The notes under the pieces were generated by a model. It was given only the letters and a program-made list of their open reading frames with translations, was not told the origin of the DNA and made no database searches. Positions 50,207 through 60,333 of a stretch of 64,000 bases of DNA are shown here, one piece after another; the first letter of the stretch is position 1; each line of letters starts with the position of its first letter. A program made the translations under genes and the position numbers. Source of the stretch: Candidatus Poribacteria bacterium (GTDB lineage: Bacteria > Poribacteria > WGA-4E > WGA-3G); assembly GCA_963663765.2 (NCBI GenBank), contig CAXXUA010000015.1:352001-416000 (forward strand), written 5' to 3'.

Positions 50207-51412
50207 TTGAATATAAATCAAATGATTAGACCAAAGATACTTCATAAACAGACTTTCTTACGTAAGTACATACCAGTTTTTTTTATTTTTATTTTCGTAT
50301 GCGTGAATTTATGCTTAAATTCTGTTGAATCACTTCCCGAATTCGCGGCTGAATTAGAAAAAGATTGTAACTTCTGCCATATTGACCCAGCAGGGGGCGG
50401 TCCACGCAATCGAATAGGTGAAATATTTGAGGAGAATTATTTTGAGTTCCCTAAAGATTTTGATATGAATGCAGTTTCTGAAGAAACTCAAGAAATGATA
50501 AAACAACTTTCTACATCTCTTGATTTGCAAACCGCGTTTATCAAAAATATACATTCAGATAGTGAAGAAGGAGCAGTAGCAGGATGCAACTCATGTCATT
50601 CCTCTGTTGACAGTTTTCTCTTAATGCAAGCTGAGGTAACATTCAATGCACAAGCTTCAGATCATGTGCGTTTAACCCTGTCTAACAACTTAGGTACTAC
50701 TCTTAATGCGTTTGCGACAGTAGATGTCATTCCAAATAAGCTATATTCAAAGGTAGGAAAATTCCGTTTACCATTTGGTATAAAACAGAAGGATCATAAT
50801 ATTCTTTTACGAGAAGGTTTTGGACTTGGATCTAATAAAAGACACGTCGGAGTAGAGTTTGGTGGCAGTTCTGGAAAATTATTTTATAATGCAGTCTATT
50901 TCAATTCCCAAAATGCTACAGCTAACGGGTTGCTTGGGACTCTTGGAGGACAACTTGGACCTATACGTGCTGGTATTTCATGTAAATACGAAAAACCCAG
51001 TGATGAATGGGACCGTCTTTTTGCTACTTTTGCTACTCTGTCATACGCTGGATTGACTTTAGAAGGTGAATTCAATTTTGGAAACAATGGGAATGTAGGT
51101 TCCTTTAATGTAGATGATGTAGATTCAAAAGGTTACTACTTCGGAGCAAAGTATAGAATCCTACCACAACTAACTGTCGCTGGTCGATATGGTTTATTTG
51201 ATCCTGATAGAAATGTCTTGGGGGATGCGGGAAGAAGATTAACTTTTATAGCAAAATATAATTTTATGGAGAACGGGGCAATTTCGCTGTTTTATTGGGC
51301 AAATATTCCAAACGATAACCGTAAACCTGATGAAGAAATCAGTAATAACGGGTTGTTAAGACAACTCAAAGGTATAAATCAAGTAATCCTAATGTCGCAT
51401 TTCTGGTTTTAG
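50207..51412 (+). CDS. Cytochrome c-porin fusion (Cyc2-like architecture, two CxxCH)
   Basis: Signal peptide, then LPEFAAELEKDCNFCH..GGGPRN..G..F; second motif CNSCH; amphipathic beta-strands ending in SHFWF. Confidence 0.65.
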   Translation: MNINQMIRPKILHKQTFLRKYIPVFFIFIFVCVNLCLNSVESLPEFAAELEKDCNFCHIDPAGGGPRNRIGEIFEENYFEFPKDFDMNAVSEETQEMIKQLSTSLDLQTAFIKNIHSDSEEGAVAGCNSCHSSVDSFLLMQAEVTFNAQASDHVRLTLSNNLGTTLNAFATVDVIPNKLYSKVGKFRLPFGIKQKDHNILLREGFGLGSNKRHVGVEFGGSSGKLFYNAVYFNSQNATANGLLGTLGGQLGPIRAGISCKYEKPSDEWDRLFATFATLSYAGLTLEGEFNFGNNGNVGSFNVDDVDSKGYYFGAKYRILPQLTVAGRYGLFDPDRNVLGDAGRRLTFIAKYNFMENGAISLFYWANIPNDNRKPDEEISNNGLLRQLKGINQVILMSHFWF

Positions 51413-51631
51413 ATTGTATAAGAAATTGACAATGAAGACAAATTGTGTGTTTATTTTAACACATGCTTACCTAATTTCACAATATCTTCATAATCTTGAT
51501 TATCATGTATTAACCTATGTATGTGATATAAAACACTAAAAAACTGTTTGAGTAAAAGTAAATCCATTTTATCAAGTCGAATGCTATATGCTGGTATTCG
51601 ACTTTTTTCATAAGTATACGTATTTATAGAG

Positions 51632-51662
51632 TGTCTCAATATGAAATGAATGTCTCAATATG
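51632..51662 (+). promoter_or_regulatory. Putative enhancer (UAS) for a sigma-54 activator
   Basis: Direct repeat TGTCTCAATATG at 51632 and 51651, about 105-135 bp upstream of the -24 element. Confidence 0.5.
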
Positions 51663-51766
51663 GCATTCTTATTGAATGAGTTTCAATGTTATTAGACATA
51701 AATAATATTCTAAGAAAAGTTTCTTTTAGATTAAAAATGATAAATATCCTAAACCCAATGATAAAT

Positions 51767-51782
51767 TGGCACGAAAATTGCT
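51767..51782 (+). promoter_or_regulatory. Sigma-54 (-24/-12) promoter
   Basis: TGGCACG-AAAA-TTGCT, a perfect TGGCACGN4TTGCW consensus about 60 bp before the alpha-2-macroglobulin start. Confidence 0.82.
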
Positions 51783-51841
51783 TCATACTTAAAAACAAAC
51801 ATTAATGAAGATTTGATACAAAAACGGTAGGAGGATTGAAA

Positions 51842-54800
51842 ATGGGTAATAAAAAGTTTTTGATAAGTGTTATAGCTATACTTTCTTTGCTAATTTTGAC
51901 AATCGGTACACTATATATTCATAGCTTAGTATCAGGAGCAAAGACACGAGTAACTGTAGTATCAGTTGACCCCAAAGCAAAAAAGACACCACAACGGTCT
52001 GATTTTACGTTTACATTATCTGAACCTGTTATAGATAATTCTCTTTTGAACACAGAATTACCAAGCGGTGCAATTCAATTCTCACCTACTGTAAAGGGTG
52101 TTGCACGTTGGGTTGAACGGGACACGATTCGTTATTTTTCAGAGAGTCGCTTAGCTCCATCCGCTCGTTACAACGTTGAACTTTCTCCAATGTTAAAGCA
52201 AAGCACTTTGGGTTTTGTCATAACAGGTGAGCGAAAATACTCGTTTGAAACGGATCTTTTCCAAATACAAGAGAGGCAGCTTGAATTCAAATATACAAAA
52301 ACCCATGCTAAGGTTGTTGGTAAGTATAGATTCAATTATCCGGTAAATATTGCTGACCTTCGTGCAAACCTATCTGTTAAGTTAGAGGAAGATGTTGATA
52401 TTCAGTATACACTTCAACCACAAACCGGTATTGCATCAGAAGTTAATATAGAAACAGAAGAGATCCCGCGACTAATCGGAGACCAAGAACTACATGTCCG
52501 TGTTAAGAAAGGTTTCAAATGTACCGGTGGACTCATCGGCTTAAAAGAAGATAACGTCAGATCTATGACGTTGACTGGTCGTGACACACTCAGTGTGACT
52601 TATGCAAATGTTAGAGAAGGATCTGGAAGACCTAAAATATCTATACGATTTAGTTCAAACATACCTATTTATACCGTAGAACCATTTATTCAAATAAAAC
52701 CGGAATTAGAAACTCAGATAATTGCTCGTTATAGTAGCATAGAAATTCATGGTGATTTCAAGAGACGTACAAAATACCAAGTTACCATACAAGATGGACT
52801 AACCGCTCCAGATGGATCCATTTTAAAGAAGAAATTTACACGACAATTTACCATACCAGATGTACCTCCGCAAGTGCGTTTTGCTGGGAATGGTTTCTTC
52901 CTGACACGCAACCAGAATATGAACATTGCTTTAGCAACAATAAATGTGAATAAGGTCAATATTGAAATAGAAAGAGTTTTTGCTAACAATCTTATTTATG
53001 TTTCACGAGTAGGAAACTGGAGCACTTGGGCAGAAGATTTAGGGAAACCAATTCATACCGAAACTCTTGATATTCCATCAAAATTAAACGAAGAAGTACG
53101 TACCCACATCAATATAGGTCAATATGTAGACGAAAAGCGTACTGGTATATTTAAAATAACTGCAAGAAATAGTAATCAAAGATGGGTGCTTTCTACACAA
53201 TGGGTAATGTTAACAGACATAGGAATCATTGCGAAAAGAGCTGGCGATGAGTTATGGGTTTGGGTCAATTCACTCTCTAACTTAAAACCAATTCCTCTTG
53301 CTACAGTCAAACTCATCAGCGATAATAATCAAACGCTTTTCACCGGTAAAACAAACTGGGAGGGTTTTGTTAAATTTACATCAGTCAGTCAAAACATCGA
53401 AGGGTTTAACCCATTCCTGTTGACAGTAGAAAAAAGTGATGATCTCTCATTTGTTCAGTTAAACAGACACCAACTCTCCACAGGAGATTTCAACGTTGGT
53501 GGTTCCCCGTACTTAGACAAAGGATATGATGCATTTCTTTATACAAGTCGGGGTGTATATCGTCCTGGAGAAAAAGTTTCACTTGCTGGAATAGTTCGTG
53601 GAAATCTTAACATCACCCCACCATCTTTACCAACTCGTATACAGATATTAGCACCAGACGGTCGAATCGTCGGAGAATATCGTCAGAATACTGACAGTCG
53701 TGGCGGTTGTGAGGTTACAATTCCACTCGCTGCCTATGCTCAGACCGGTAATTACATTGCTAAGCTAAGTATAGCAGACAAAGAAGTCGGTCGTACTCAG
53801 TTTCAAGTAGAAGAATTCATGCCTGATCGAATGAAGGTTGGAATTACGACCAATTCTACTGAGTATGACTTAGGTGGAGAGGTATCAATGGATGTTTCAG
53901 CTGTCAGTTTGTATGGACCACCAGCTGCAAATCGAAAAGTAACAGCATCATATACGCTTGAAGCCGCCCCGTATATTCCAATTGAAAAGTGGCGTTCCTT
54001 CCATTTTTCAAGTTCTATATCATTTGAGAAACAGCGAATCGCGTTAGAAGATAGCCTAACTGGCGAAAATGGTAAAGCAAATTATAAATTCAAACTTCCT
54101 GAATCAGTACGTGCCCCTTCTCAATTAAATGGTGTTCTTACTGCTACTGTTAGTGAACCAGGAGGTAGAGCTGTATCTGCATCATACCGAGTAGCCATAC
54201 ATCCATATTCACATTATGTAGGACTGAAAAGATCTAATACTGGAACGGTACAACGTAATCAAGCTGTATCCTATAATTTTATCTCAGTGGACAAAGATGG
54301 TAATGCTATTGCCGATAGAGAATTAGTTCTTACAGTGAAAAAAGTTCACTGGAACACAATTCTACGGAGAAACAGTCAAGGTCGGTATGAATATGTTTCT
54401 GATAGACAAACCACAACTTTAGAAACGAATCAGCTTATCTCAACCACAGATATGGGAACATTTTCATTCACACCAGCAGAATATGGTGAATATCGCGTGC
54501 AGCTTGAGGATACTGCATCTGGTGCTATAACTGAACTTTCTGTGGAAACCTCAGGTTGGGGATATGTACCAATCTCAATGGAAAAGCCAAGTTTGCTGGA
54601 ATTAAGTTTAGATAAAGAAACATACAAAACTGGTGAAACTGCAAAACTTCAAGTAAAATCTCCATTTGCAGGAAAACTACTATTAACCATTGAACGTGAA
54701 AAAATACTGAGTTACCGAACCGTCAATTTAAGCGAAAATACTGCGACCATTAATATTCCCATAAAAAGTAGTTATAAACCGAACATATACCTATCGGGAA

Positions 54801-57283
54801 CTATAATCCAACCTACAAAATCTTTAAAGGAACATACACCCGCTCGTGCATTTGGAGTGATTCCCTTAAGAATCGATGCAAAAGCAAATCAGTTTGCTAT
54901 AGAACTTGATGCACCCGACGAAATTCGACCAAATACAGAGTTAATTGTTCAGTTTCGTGTCCGTGGAAATCGTAGTGCAAATTCTCATGTTACAATTGCT
55001 GCTGTTGATGAAGGTATACTGCAATTGACAGATTTTAATTCACCTGATCCACATAACTATTTTTTTCGACAACGTGGTCTGAAGACTCTTTCTTATGACC
55101 TATACTCAGCGATATTACCGGAGATTGATGCTGTTCTTGGTGATTCAAGTCCGGGTGGGGACGCCTCAGGAAACAGAAATGGTCGTGCGAAAAGACTAAA
55201 CGCTGCAAGTGTGATGCGAGTGAAACCTGTTTCTCTCTGGTCTGGTATATTAAAAACTGATCGTACTGGTCGAGGTTCTGTAAAATTCCAAGTGCCACAG
55301 TTTAATGGTTCACTCCGAATTATGGCAGTCGCATTTTCTGGGGAGTACTTCGGTTCTAGTGAGAAGTTCATTACAGTTCGTCAACCCATTGTCATTACAC
55401 CAACATTTCCACGTTTCCTGTCTGGTGGTGACAGAATTACATTCCCAATCAACGTCCATAACGGAACAGGTGAAGATGCTGAATTTCAAGTAGAAGTTAA
55501 AGCTACTGGTGATGTTCAGTTTGTTTCAAACACAAATGAAAAAGAAGGACTGATTGAGAAAGACAAAGCACAAAAACTTGCACAGATTGCTGTGAATAGC
55601 GAAGAACAATTCGTCTTTGAACTTCTTGCTCATGACTCCATTGGAAAAGCAACCTTCATAGTATCTGCTTCGGGTAACGAAGAAACCGCACAAATGACTG
55701 TCCAACTCCCATTAAGGTCAGCTGCACCTCCTGTAACTGATACAGGTCACGGTGTGGTCACTGAAGAAAATCCTGTGGAATTTGTTTTTCCATCCAATTT
55801 TATTGGAGAATCGTCGGATTTTGACATGTCTATCTCTCCATTTCCAGCAGTAGAATTTGCTGGAGGTATAAATTATCTTTTGAGATATCCGTATGGTTGT
55901 CTTGAACAAACTACAAGCCGTGTGTTTCCACTACTTTACTTTAGTGATATTGCTGGTACGGTGGATGATGAGTTTGCTGCTGATGGTCGTGCGGATTACT
56001 ATATTTCAGAAGGTATCAGCAAACTTGAGAGTATGTTAACTGCACAAGATCACTTTTCATATTGGCCAGGAGGAAATTATATTAACCACTGGAGTAGCAT
56101 TTATGCATCTCACTTCTTAGTTGAAGCACGTAAAGCTGGATATGAGGTGACTGACAGAGTTTATTCAAGTTTACTCAACGGTCTAAGAACCCAAGCAAAA
56201 CAAATATCAACTACTCAAAGAAAAGTGGAAAATTCCAAGAGGAACCAAATTGAACGTGCAGTATATGCATGCTATGTGTTAGCAGCAGCGGGTGAACCGG
56301 AAAAAGGCGTAATGAACTATTTTAAGAATAATTTGTTTAGCGGTCTTACAGATTATAGCCAGTTTCACTTAGCAGGTTCGTTTGCGCTGAGTGGAGATTT
56401 GGAAACTGCACTTTCAATGCTACCAGTTTCAGTTTCACCATTGAATGGTGGGAAACGTCAGTCTGGTCAAAACTTCAATTCACCAATTCGCTCACAAGCA
56501 ATTATCCTTGATGTACTTGCTGAAGTTAACGAAAACCACCCATCAATTCCAAATCTTGTCACCAATTTGAGCAAGGCCGCATCACAAAAAAATCGTTGGG
56601 GAACGACACAAGAAAATGCTTTTGCGTTTCTTGCATTAGGTAAGATGTTGAGGAAGAATATGGAAGGTGAATACGTAGGTACTATTACAGTCAACGATAC
56701 TCAACTTGCCGAATTTAACTCTACTTCTTCATCAGTCCGATTTACAAATAAAGATTGGGACGGTGCCCAAGTTAAAATCTCAATTGAAGGTAGTGGTAAC
56801 TGTTATTTCTATTGGACTGCATTCGGAATTCGTAGAGATTCCTATATTGAAGAATATGATCGTGATTTGCAAGTTCGTAGACGCTATCTAAATCAGGACG
56901 GAATTCCTTATGAAAACGGATTTAAACACGGGGATTTGGTTATTGCAGAAATCACTGTAAAAGCCTTAAATCAAAATTTGGAAAATGTTGTCGTAGTAGA
57001 TATGTTACCAGCAGGGTTGGAAATAGAAAACGCCAGATTAGCCTCACGTGCAGGAATTCCTTGGTTGAAAAAAGAAGATTTTAAACCTGATTACGTTGAT
57101 ATTCGCGATGACCGTATGATCTTTTTTGGTGCATTTCAGAGACAGCGGGAAAGAAAGTTCCATTATGCACTACGTGCTGTCACACGCGGAGAATTTACAT
57201 TGCCACCAGTAACAGCAGAAGCAATGTATGATCCAGCAAATTCATCAGTAGCAGGTACAGGAAAAATCAAGATTGTTGAATAG
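51842..57283 (+). CDS. Bacterial alpha-2-macroglobulin
   Basis: YRPGE, VEEFMPDR, AAVDEGIL, thioester motif YPYGCLEQ, WGTTQENAF, AEAMY; start ATG 51842 fits the AGGAGG spacing. Confidence 0.95.
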   Translation: MGNKKFLISVIAILSLLILTIGTLYIHSLVSGAKTRVTVVSVDPKAKKTPQRSDFTFTLSEPVIDNSLLNTELPSGAIQFSPTVKGVARWVERDTIRYFSESRLAPSARYNVELSPMLKQSTLGFVITGERKYSFETDLFQIQERQLEFKYTKTHAKVVGKYRFNYPVNIADLRANLSVKLEEDVDIQYTLQPQTGIASEVNIETEEIPRLIGDQELHVRVKKGFKCTGGLIGLKEDNVRSMTLTGRDTLSVTYANVREGSGRPKISIRFSSNIPIYTVEPFIQIKPELETQIIARYSSIEIHGDFKRRTKYQVTIQDGLTAPDGSILKKKFTRQFTIPDVPPQVRFAGNGFFLTRNQNMNIALATINVNKVNIEIERVFANNLIYVSRVGNWSTWAEDLGKPIHTETLDIPSKLNEEVRTHINIGQYVDEKRTGIFKITARNSNQRWVLSTQWVMLTDIGIIAKRAGDELWVWVNSLSNLKPIPLATVKLISDNNQTLFTGKTNWEGFVKFTSVSQNIEGFNPFLLTVEKSDDLSFVQLNRHQLSTGDFNVGGSPYLDKGYDAFLYTSRGVYRPGEKVSLAGIVRGNLNITPPSLPTRIQILAPDGRIVGEYRQNTDSRGGCEVTIPLAAYAQTGNYIAKLSIADKEVGRTQFQVEEFMPDRMKVGITTNSTEYDLGGEVSMDVSAVSLYGPPAANRKVTASYTLEAAPYIPIEKWRSFHFSSSISFEKQRIALEDSLTGENGKANYKFKLPESVRAPSQLNGVLTATVSEPGGRAVSASYRVAIHPYSHYVGLKRSNTGTVQRNQAVSYNFISVDKDGNAIADRELVLTVKKVHWNTILRRNSQGRYEYVSDRQTTTLETNQLISTTDMGTFSFTPAEYGEYRVQLEDTASGAITELSVETSGWGYVPISMEKPSLLELSLDKETYKTGETAKLQVKSPFAGKLLLTIEREKILSYRTVNLSENTATINIPIKSSYKPNIYLSGTIIQPTKSLKEHTPARAFGVIPLRIDAKANQFAIELDAPDEIRPNTELIVQFRVRGNRSANSHVTIAAVDEGILQLTDFNSPDPHNYFFRQRGLKTLSYDLYSAILPEIDAVLGDSSPGGDASGNRNGRAKRLNAASVMRVKPVSLWSGILKTDRTGRGSVKFQVPQFNGSLRIMAVAFSGEYFGSSEKFITVRQPIVITPTFPRFLSGGDRITFPINVHNGTGEDAEFQVEVKATGDVQFVSNTNEKEGLIEKDKAQKLAQIAVNSEEQFVFELLAHDSIGKATFIVSASGNEETAQMTVQLPLRSAAPPVTDTGHGVVTEENPVEFVFPSNFIGESSDFDMSISPFPAVEFAGGINYLLRYPYGCLEQTTSRVFPLLYFSDIAGTVDDEFAADGRADYYISEGISKLESMLTAQDHFSYWPGGNYINHWSSIYASHFLVEARKAGYEVTDRVYSSLLNGLRTQAKQISTTQRKVENSKRNQIERAVYACYVLAAAGEPEKGVMNYFKNNLFSGLTDYSQFHLAGSFALSGDLETALSMLPVSVSPLNGGKRQSGQNFNSPIRSQAIILDVLAEVNENHPSIPNLVTNLSKAASQKNRWGTTQENAFAFLALGKMLRKNMEGEYVGTITVNDTQLAEFNSTSSSVRFTNKDWDGAQVKISIEGSGNCYFYWTAFGIRRDSYIEEYDRDLQVRRRYLNQDGIPYENGFKHGDLVIAEITVKALNQNLENVVVVDMLPAGLEIENARLASRAGIPWLKKEDFKPDYVDIRDDRMIFFGAFQRQRERKFHYALRAVTRGEFTLPPVTAEAMYDPANSSVAGTGKIKIVE

Positions 57284-57388
57284 TTGACTTTCAATATGAC
57301 CTATTATTCTATGCCCAATCCTTAGGGCAAATTTCAGAAGTAAGGGAGGGTTTTACCTCTTCCCTCCCAACTTCTAATATGAAAAAAC

Positions 57389-59842
57389 ATGAAATATTTA
57401 CAACTCAAATTACAAAGTTCCCAGAATTCACTCATTGCCAAATTGGGAAATTTCTTGCGTAAGAGATGGTTTTTTGTTTGCATCCCTTTAATACCAGTCC
57501 TTCTTTTTGCAATTGCGAATTGGATATTCCCTTTACCTAAAGAAAAACTTAATCCTACACCATCAACTGTGGTTGTAGATAGAAATGGTGAGTGGCTTCG
57601 TGCATTTACATCAACAGATGAAATGTGGAGATTTCCCGAAACATCTCTTGAAAATGTGTCACCCTTAATCCAAAAAGCAATGTTGACGTATGAAGACAAG
57701 TATTTCTATCAACATTGGGGAATCAATCCAGTTTCTCTTGTGTATGCTACTATTGATAATATCAAAGCAAGAAGAGTAGTGCGAGGCGGTTCAACAATCA
57801 CGATGCAACTCGCACGGTTAATGGAACCAAAAGAACGTACAATCCCAAACAAACTGATAGAAATGTTTCGCGCACTACAATTGGAACTCACATATACAAA
57901 GTCTGAAATATTAACATATTACTTTAATATGTTACCCTATGGAGGAAATATCATCGGATCCGGAGCTGCTGCCCGACTTTATTTCAACAAACCACAGAGC
58001 GCACTGAGTCTCGGTGAAGCAGCACTCTTAGCAGCAATTCCGAATTCACCTGAATATCTTCGTCCTGATCGACATCCAGAAAACGCAAAAAAGGCAAGAA
58101 GGAAGGTTCTACTTCGAATGAAGACAGCAGGTGTAGTATCTGAGCAGCGGATACAAGAGGCGCTACAAGAACGAATACCTACAAAACGATATTCATTACC
58201 ATTTGAAGCACCTCATATATCACGATTACTTGCAAAAAACTCCATACCTTCAAATCAACAAAAACTTCATAAGTATGTCATAAACACGACAATTAATCAA
58301 AGATACCAAAAAATCTCAAAACGTATATTAACTGAACACTTATTACCTTTACAGAAACAAGGTGTCTCAACTGGAGCTGTTGTGGTACTTGATACAAATA
58401 GCCATGAAATACTTGCTTTGGTCGGTTCACATGATTTTTTTGATAAAGTAGCCGCAGGACAAGTAAACGGTGCACTTGCACTGCGGTCTCCGGGGTCAAC
58501 GCTCAAGCCCTTTATATATGCACTCGCAATAAATAAAGGACTTATCACCCCACAAACTTTAGTTTTTGATGTACCTGTGGATTATGCAGGTTACACACCT
58601 ATAAATTACGATTCTAAGTTTAATGGGTATTTAACTGCCCGTGATGCGTTATCAAGATCACTCAATGTTCCTGCTGTCAATCTATATGCAAAATTAGAAC
58701 GTAATCAACTTTATGATTTACTTCAACAAGGTGGTATCACATCCCTTACGAATCAGAGTGAGTACGGTCTTTCATTGGTACTTGGTGCTTGTGGCGTTAA
58801 TTTGCTTGAATTGACAAACCTATATGCTGGTTTAGCGAATATGGGAGAGTTTGCTCCATATCAGTTACTCTTAGCAAATGATATCGCGAGAGAAGACAAT
58901 ACTGTGCAAACTTCAATAAATTCAAAACCTACGAATAAACACAATTTCAATACGACACGTTTATTGCGAACTGATACCAGTTGGATTATCACTGAAATGT
59001 TGACGACTCTGAAACGTCCTGATTTTCCAGAATCTTTTGAAAAAACTGGAACCATGCCAAAAGTTGCTTGGAAGACAGGTACATCTTACGGTCATAGAGA
59101 TGCGTGGAGTATTGGATATTCACCCGAATTAACTATCGGTGTGTGGGTAGGAAATTTCAATGGAACTGGTGCGCCAATACTCACTGGTGCGGAAGCTGCT
59201 GCCCCCATTCTCTTTGCATTATTTACTGCACTTTCCGGTGAAAAATCTGAGCAGTGGTTTAGCGAGCCAGATAGTTTAAAAACACGTTTAGTATGTTCAC
59301 TCAACGGTCTTCCAATATCACAACACTGTCTGACATCTATAGAAGATGTATTTATTCCTGGGGTCTCTTCAGTACGTGTATGCAACATTCACAAGACCAT
59401 AAAGGTAGATAGTGTAACAGGTGAACGTCTATGTTCATCTTGTAGACAAGGTAGACATTTCCACGAAGAGAAAATAGCTGTGTTTCCAGCATCTGTAGCA
59501 ACTTGGTTAAATGCTAACGGATTTGCAATTCCTGTAATTCCGATACACAATCCCAACTGCAAACGTCCAATTGCAGGTAGTCATCCAATCATTCTTTCTC
59601 CAACCCGAAACACAGTCTATCAAATTCGTTCAAGCATCCCGGTTGAATATCAGAAAATTAAATTATCCGCATCTGTTTTTGGTGACACGCAAGATTTATT
59701 CTGGTTCTTAAATGGAGAACTCATATACAAGGGTGAAGCAATAGATACGACTTTTCTTACACCTACTGTAGGAAAACATAAACTAACTTGTGTTGATGGA
59801 GCAGGTAGGTCAACAAACCTTCTACTTACTATCGTTAAGTAG
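57389..59842 (+). CDS. pbpC: Penicillin-binding protein 1C
   Basis: YEDKYF, RGGSTITMQLAR, GSTLKPF, SLN, KTGTS, C-terminal Ig-like domain; directly downstream of alpha-2-macroglobulin. Confidence 0.93.
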   Translation: MKYLQLKLQSSQNSLIAKLGNFLRKRWFFVCIPLIPVLLFAIANWIFPLPKEKLNPTPSTVVVDRNGEWLRAFTSTDEMWRFPETSLENVSPLIQKAMLTYEDKYFYQHWGINPVSLVYATIDNIKARRVVRGGSTITMQLARLMEPKERTIPNKLIEMFRALQLELTYTKSEILTYYFNMLPYGGNIIGSGAAARLYFNKPQSALSLGEAALLAAIPNSPEYLRPDRHPENAKKARRKVLLRMKTAGVVSEQRIQEALQERIPTKRYSLPFEAPHISRLLAKNSIPSNQQKLHKYVINTTINQRYQKISKRILTEHLLPLQKQGVSTGAVVVLDTNSHEILALVGSHDFFDKVAAGQVNGALALRSPGSTLKPFIYALAINKGLITPQTLVFDVPVDYAGYTPINYDSKFNGYLTARDALSRSLNVPAVNLYAKLERNQLYDLLQQGGITSLTNQSEYGLSLVLGACGVNLLELTNLYAGLANMGEFAPYQLLLANDIAREDNTVQTSINSKPTNKHNFNTTRLLRTDTSWIITEMLTTLKRPDFPESFEKTGTMPKVAWKTGTSYGHRDAWSIGYSPELTIGVWVGNFNGTGAPILTGAEAAAPILFALFTALSGEKSEQWFSEPDSLKTRLVCSLNGLPISQHCLTSIEDVFIPGVSSVRVCNIHKTIKVDSVTGERLCSSCRQGRHFHEEKIAVFPASVATWLNANGFAIPVIPIHNPNCKRPIAGSHPIILSPTRNTVYQIRSSIPVEYQKIKLSASVFGDTQDLFWFLNGELIYKGEAIDTTFLTPTVGKHKLTCVDGAGRSTNLLLTIVK

Positions 59843-59850
59843 TTAGGTAT

Positions 59851-60219
59851 TTACTTTTGGAAGGCTGCTATAATCAAACAACACCATCCAGCAATAAATG
59901 CTAAACCTCCAATAGGTGTTATTGCACCTAACCAACGCATTCCTGTCAAACTGAGAATGTAAAGACTACCAGAAAAGATGAGGATACCTGCCAAAAAACA
60001 CCATCCCGCTGCATTTGTCAATGCGTTTTGCCATTGAGACATTGCCCACGCAACAACAATTAATCCTATAGCATGATACATTTGATAACGCACGCCGACT
60101 TCAAAATAATCTAACATCTCTTTAGATAGACTATCTTTTAATGTATGCGCACCAAAAGCTCCGAACAACACACTCAATAAGCTAAATCCAGAGCCGAGTA
60201 CGAAGAAAAGGGTTTTCAT
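59851..60219 (-). CDS. DUF423 (YgdD/TMEM256) membrane protein
   Basis: GAFGAH, YQMYHA, FSGSLY, GAITPIGG. Confidence 0.92.
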   Translation of the reverse strand: MKTLFFVLGSGFSLLSVLFGAFGAHTLKDSLSKEMLDYFEVGVRYQMYHAIGLIVVAWAMSQWQNALTNAAGWCFLAGILIFSGSLYILSLTGMRWLGAITPIGGLAFIAGWCCLIIAAFQK

Positions 60220-60333
60220 GTTTTCTCCTATTTCAAAAGAATAAAATGATTGTATTTATTACACAATCTGATGTATAATTGACCAAAAGTTAAAAAATTC
60301 AGTAAAACACGATAAGTTAAAATTGAGGTGATA

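Noticed and set aside
57336-57373. GGGAGGG/CCCTCCC hairpin between alpha-2-macroglobulin and pbpC
   Set aside because: It is a single short stem with no second copy seen, so it cannot be assigned as a repeat or terminator.
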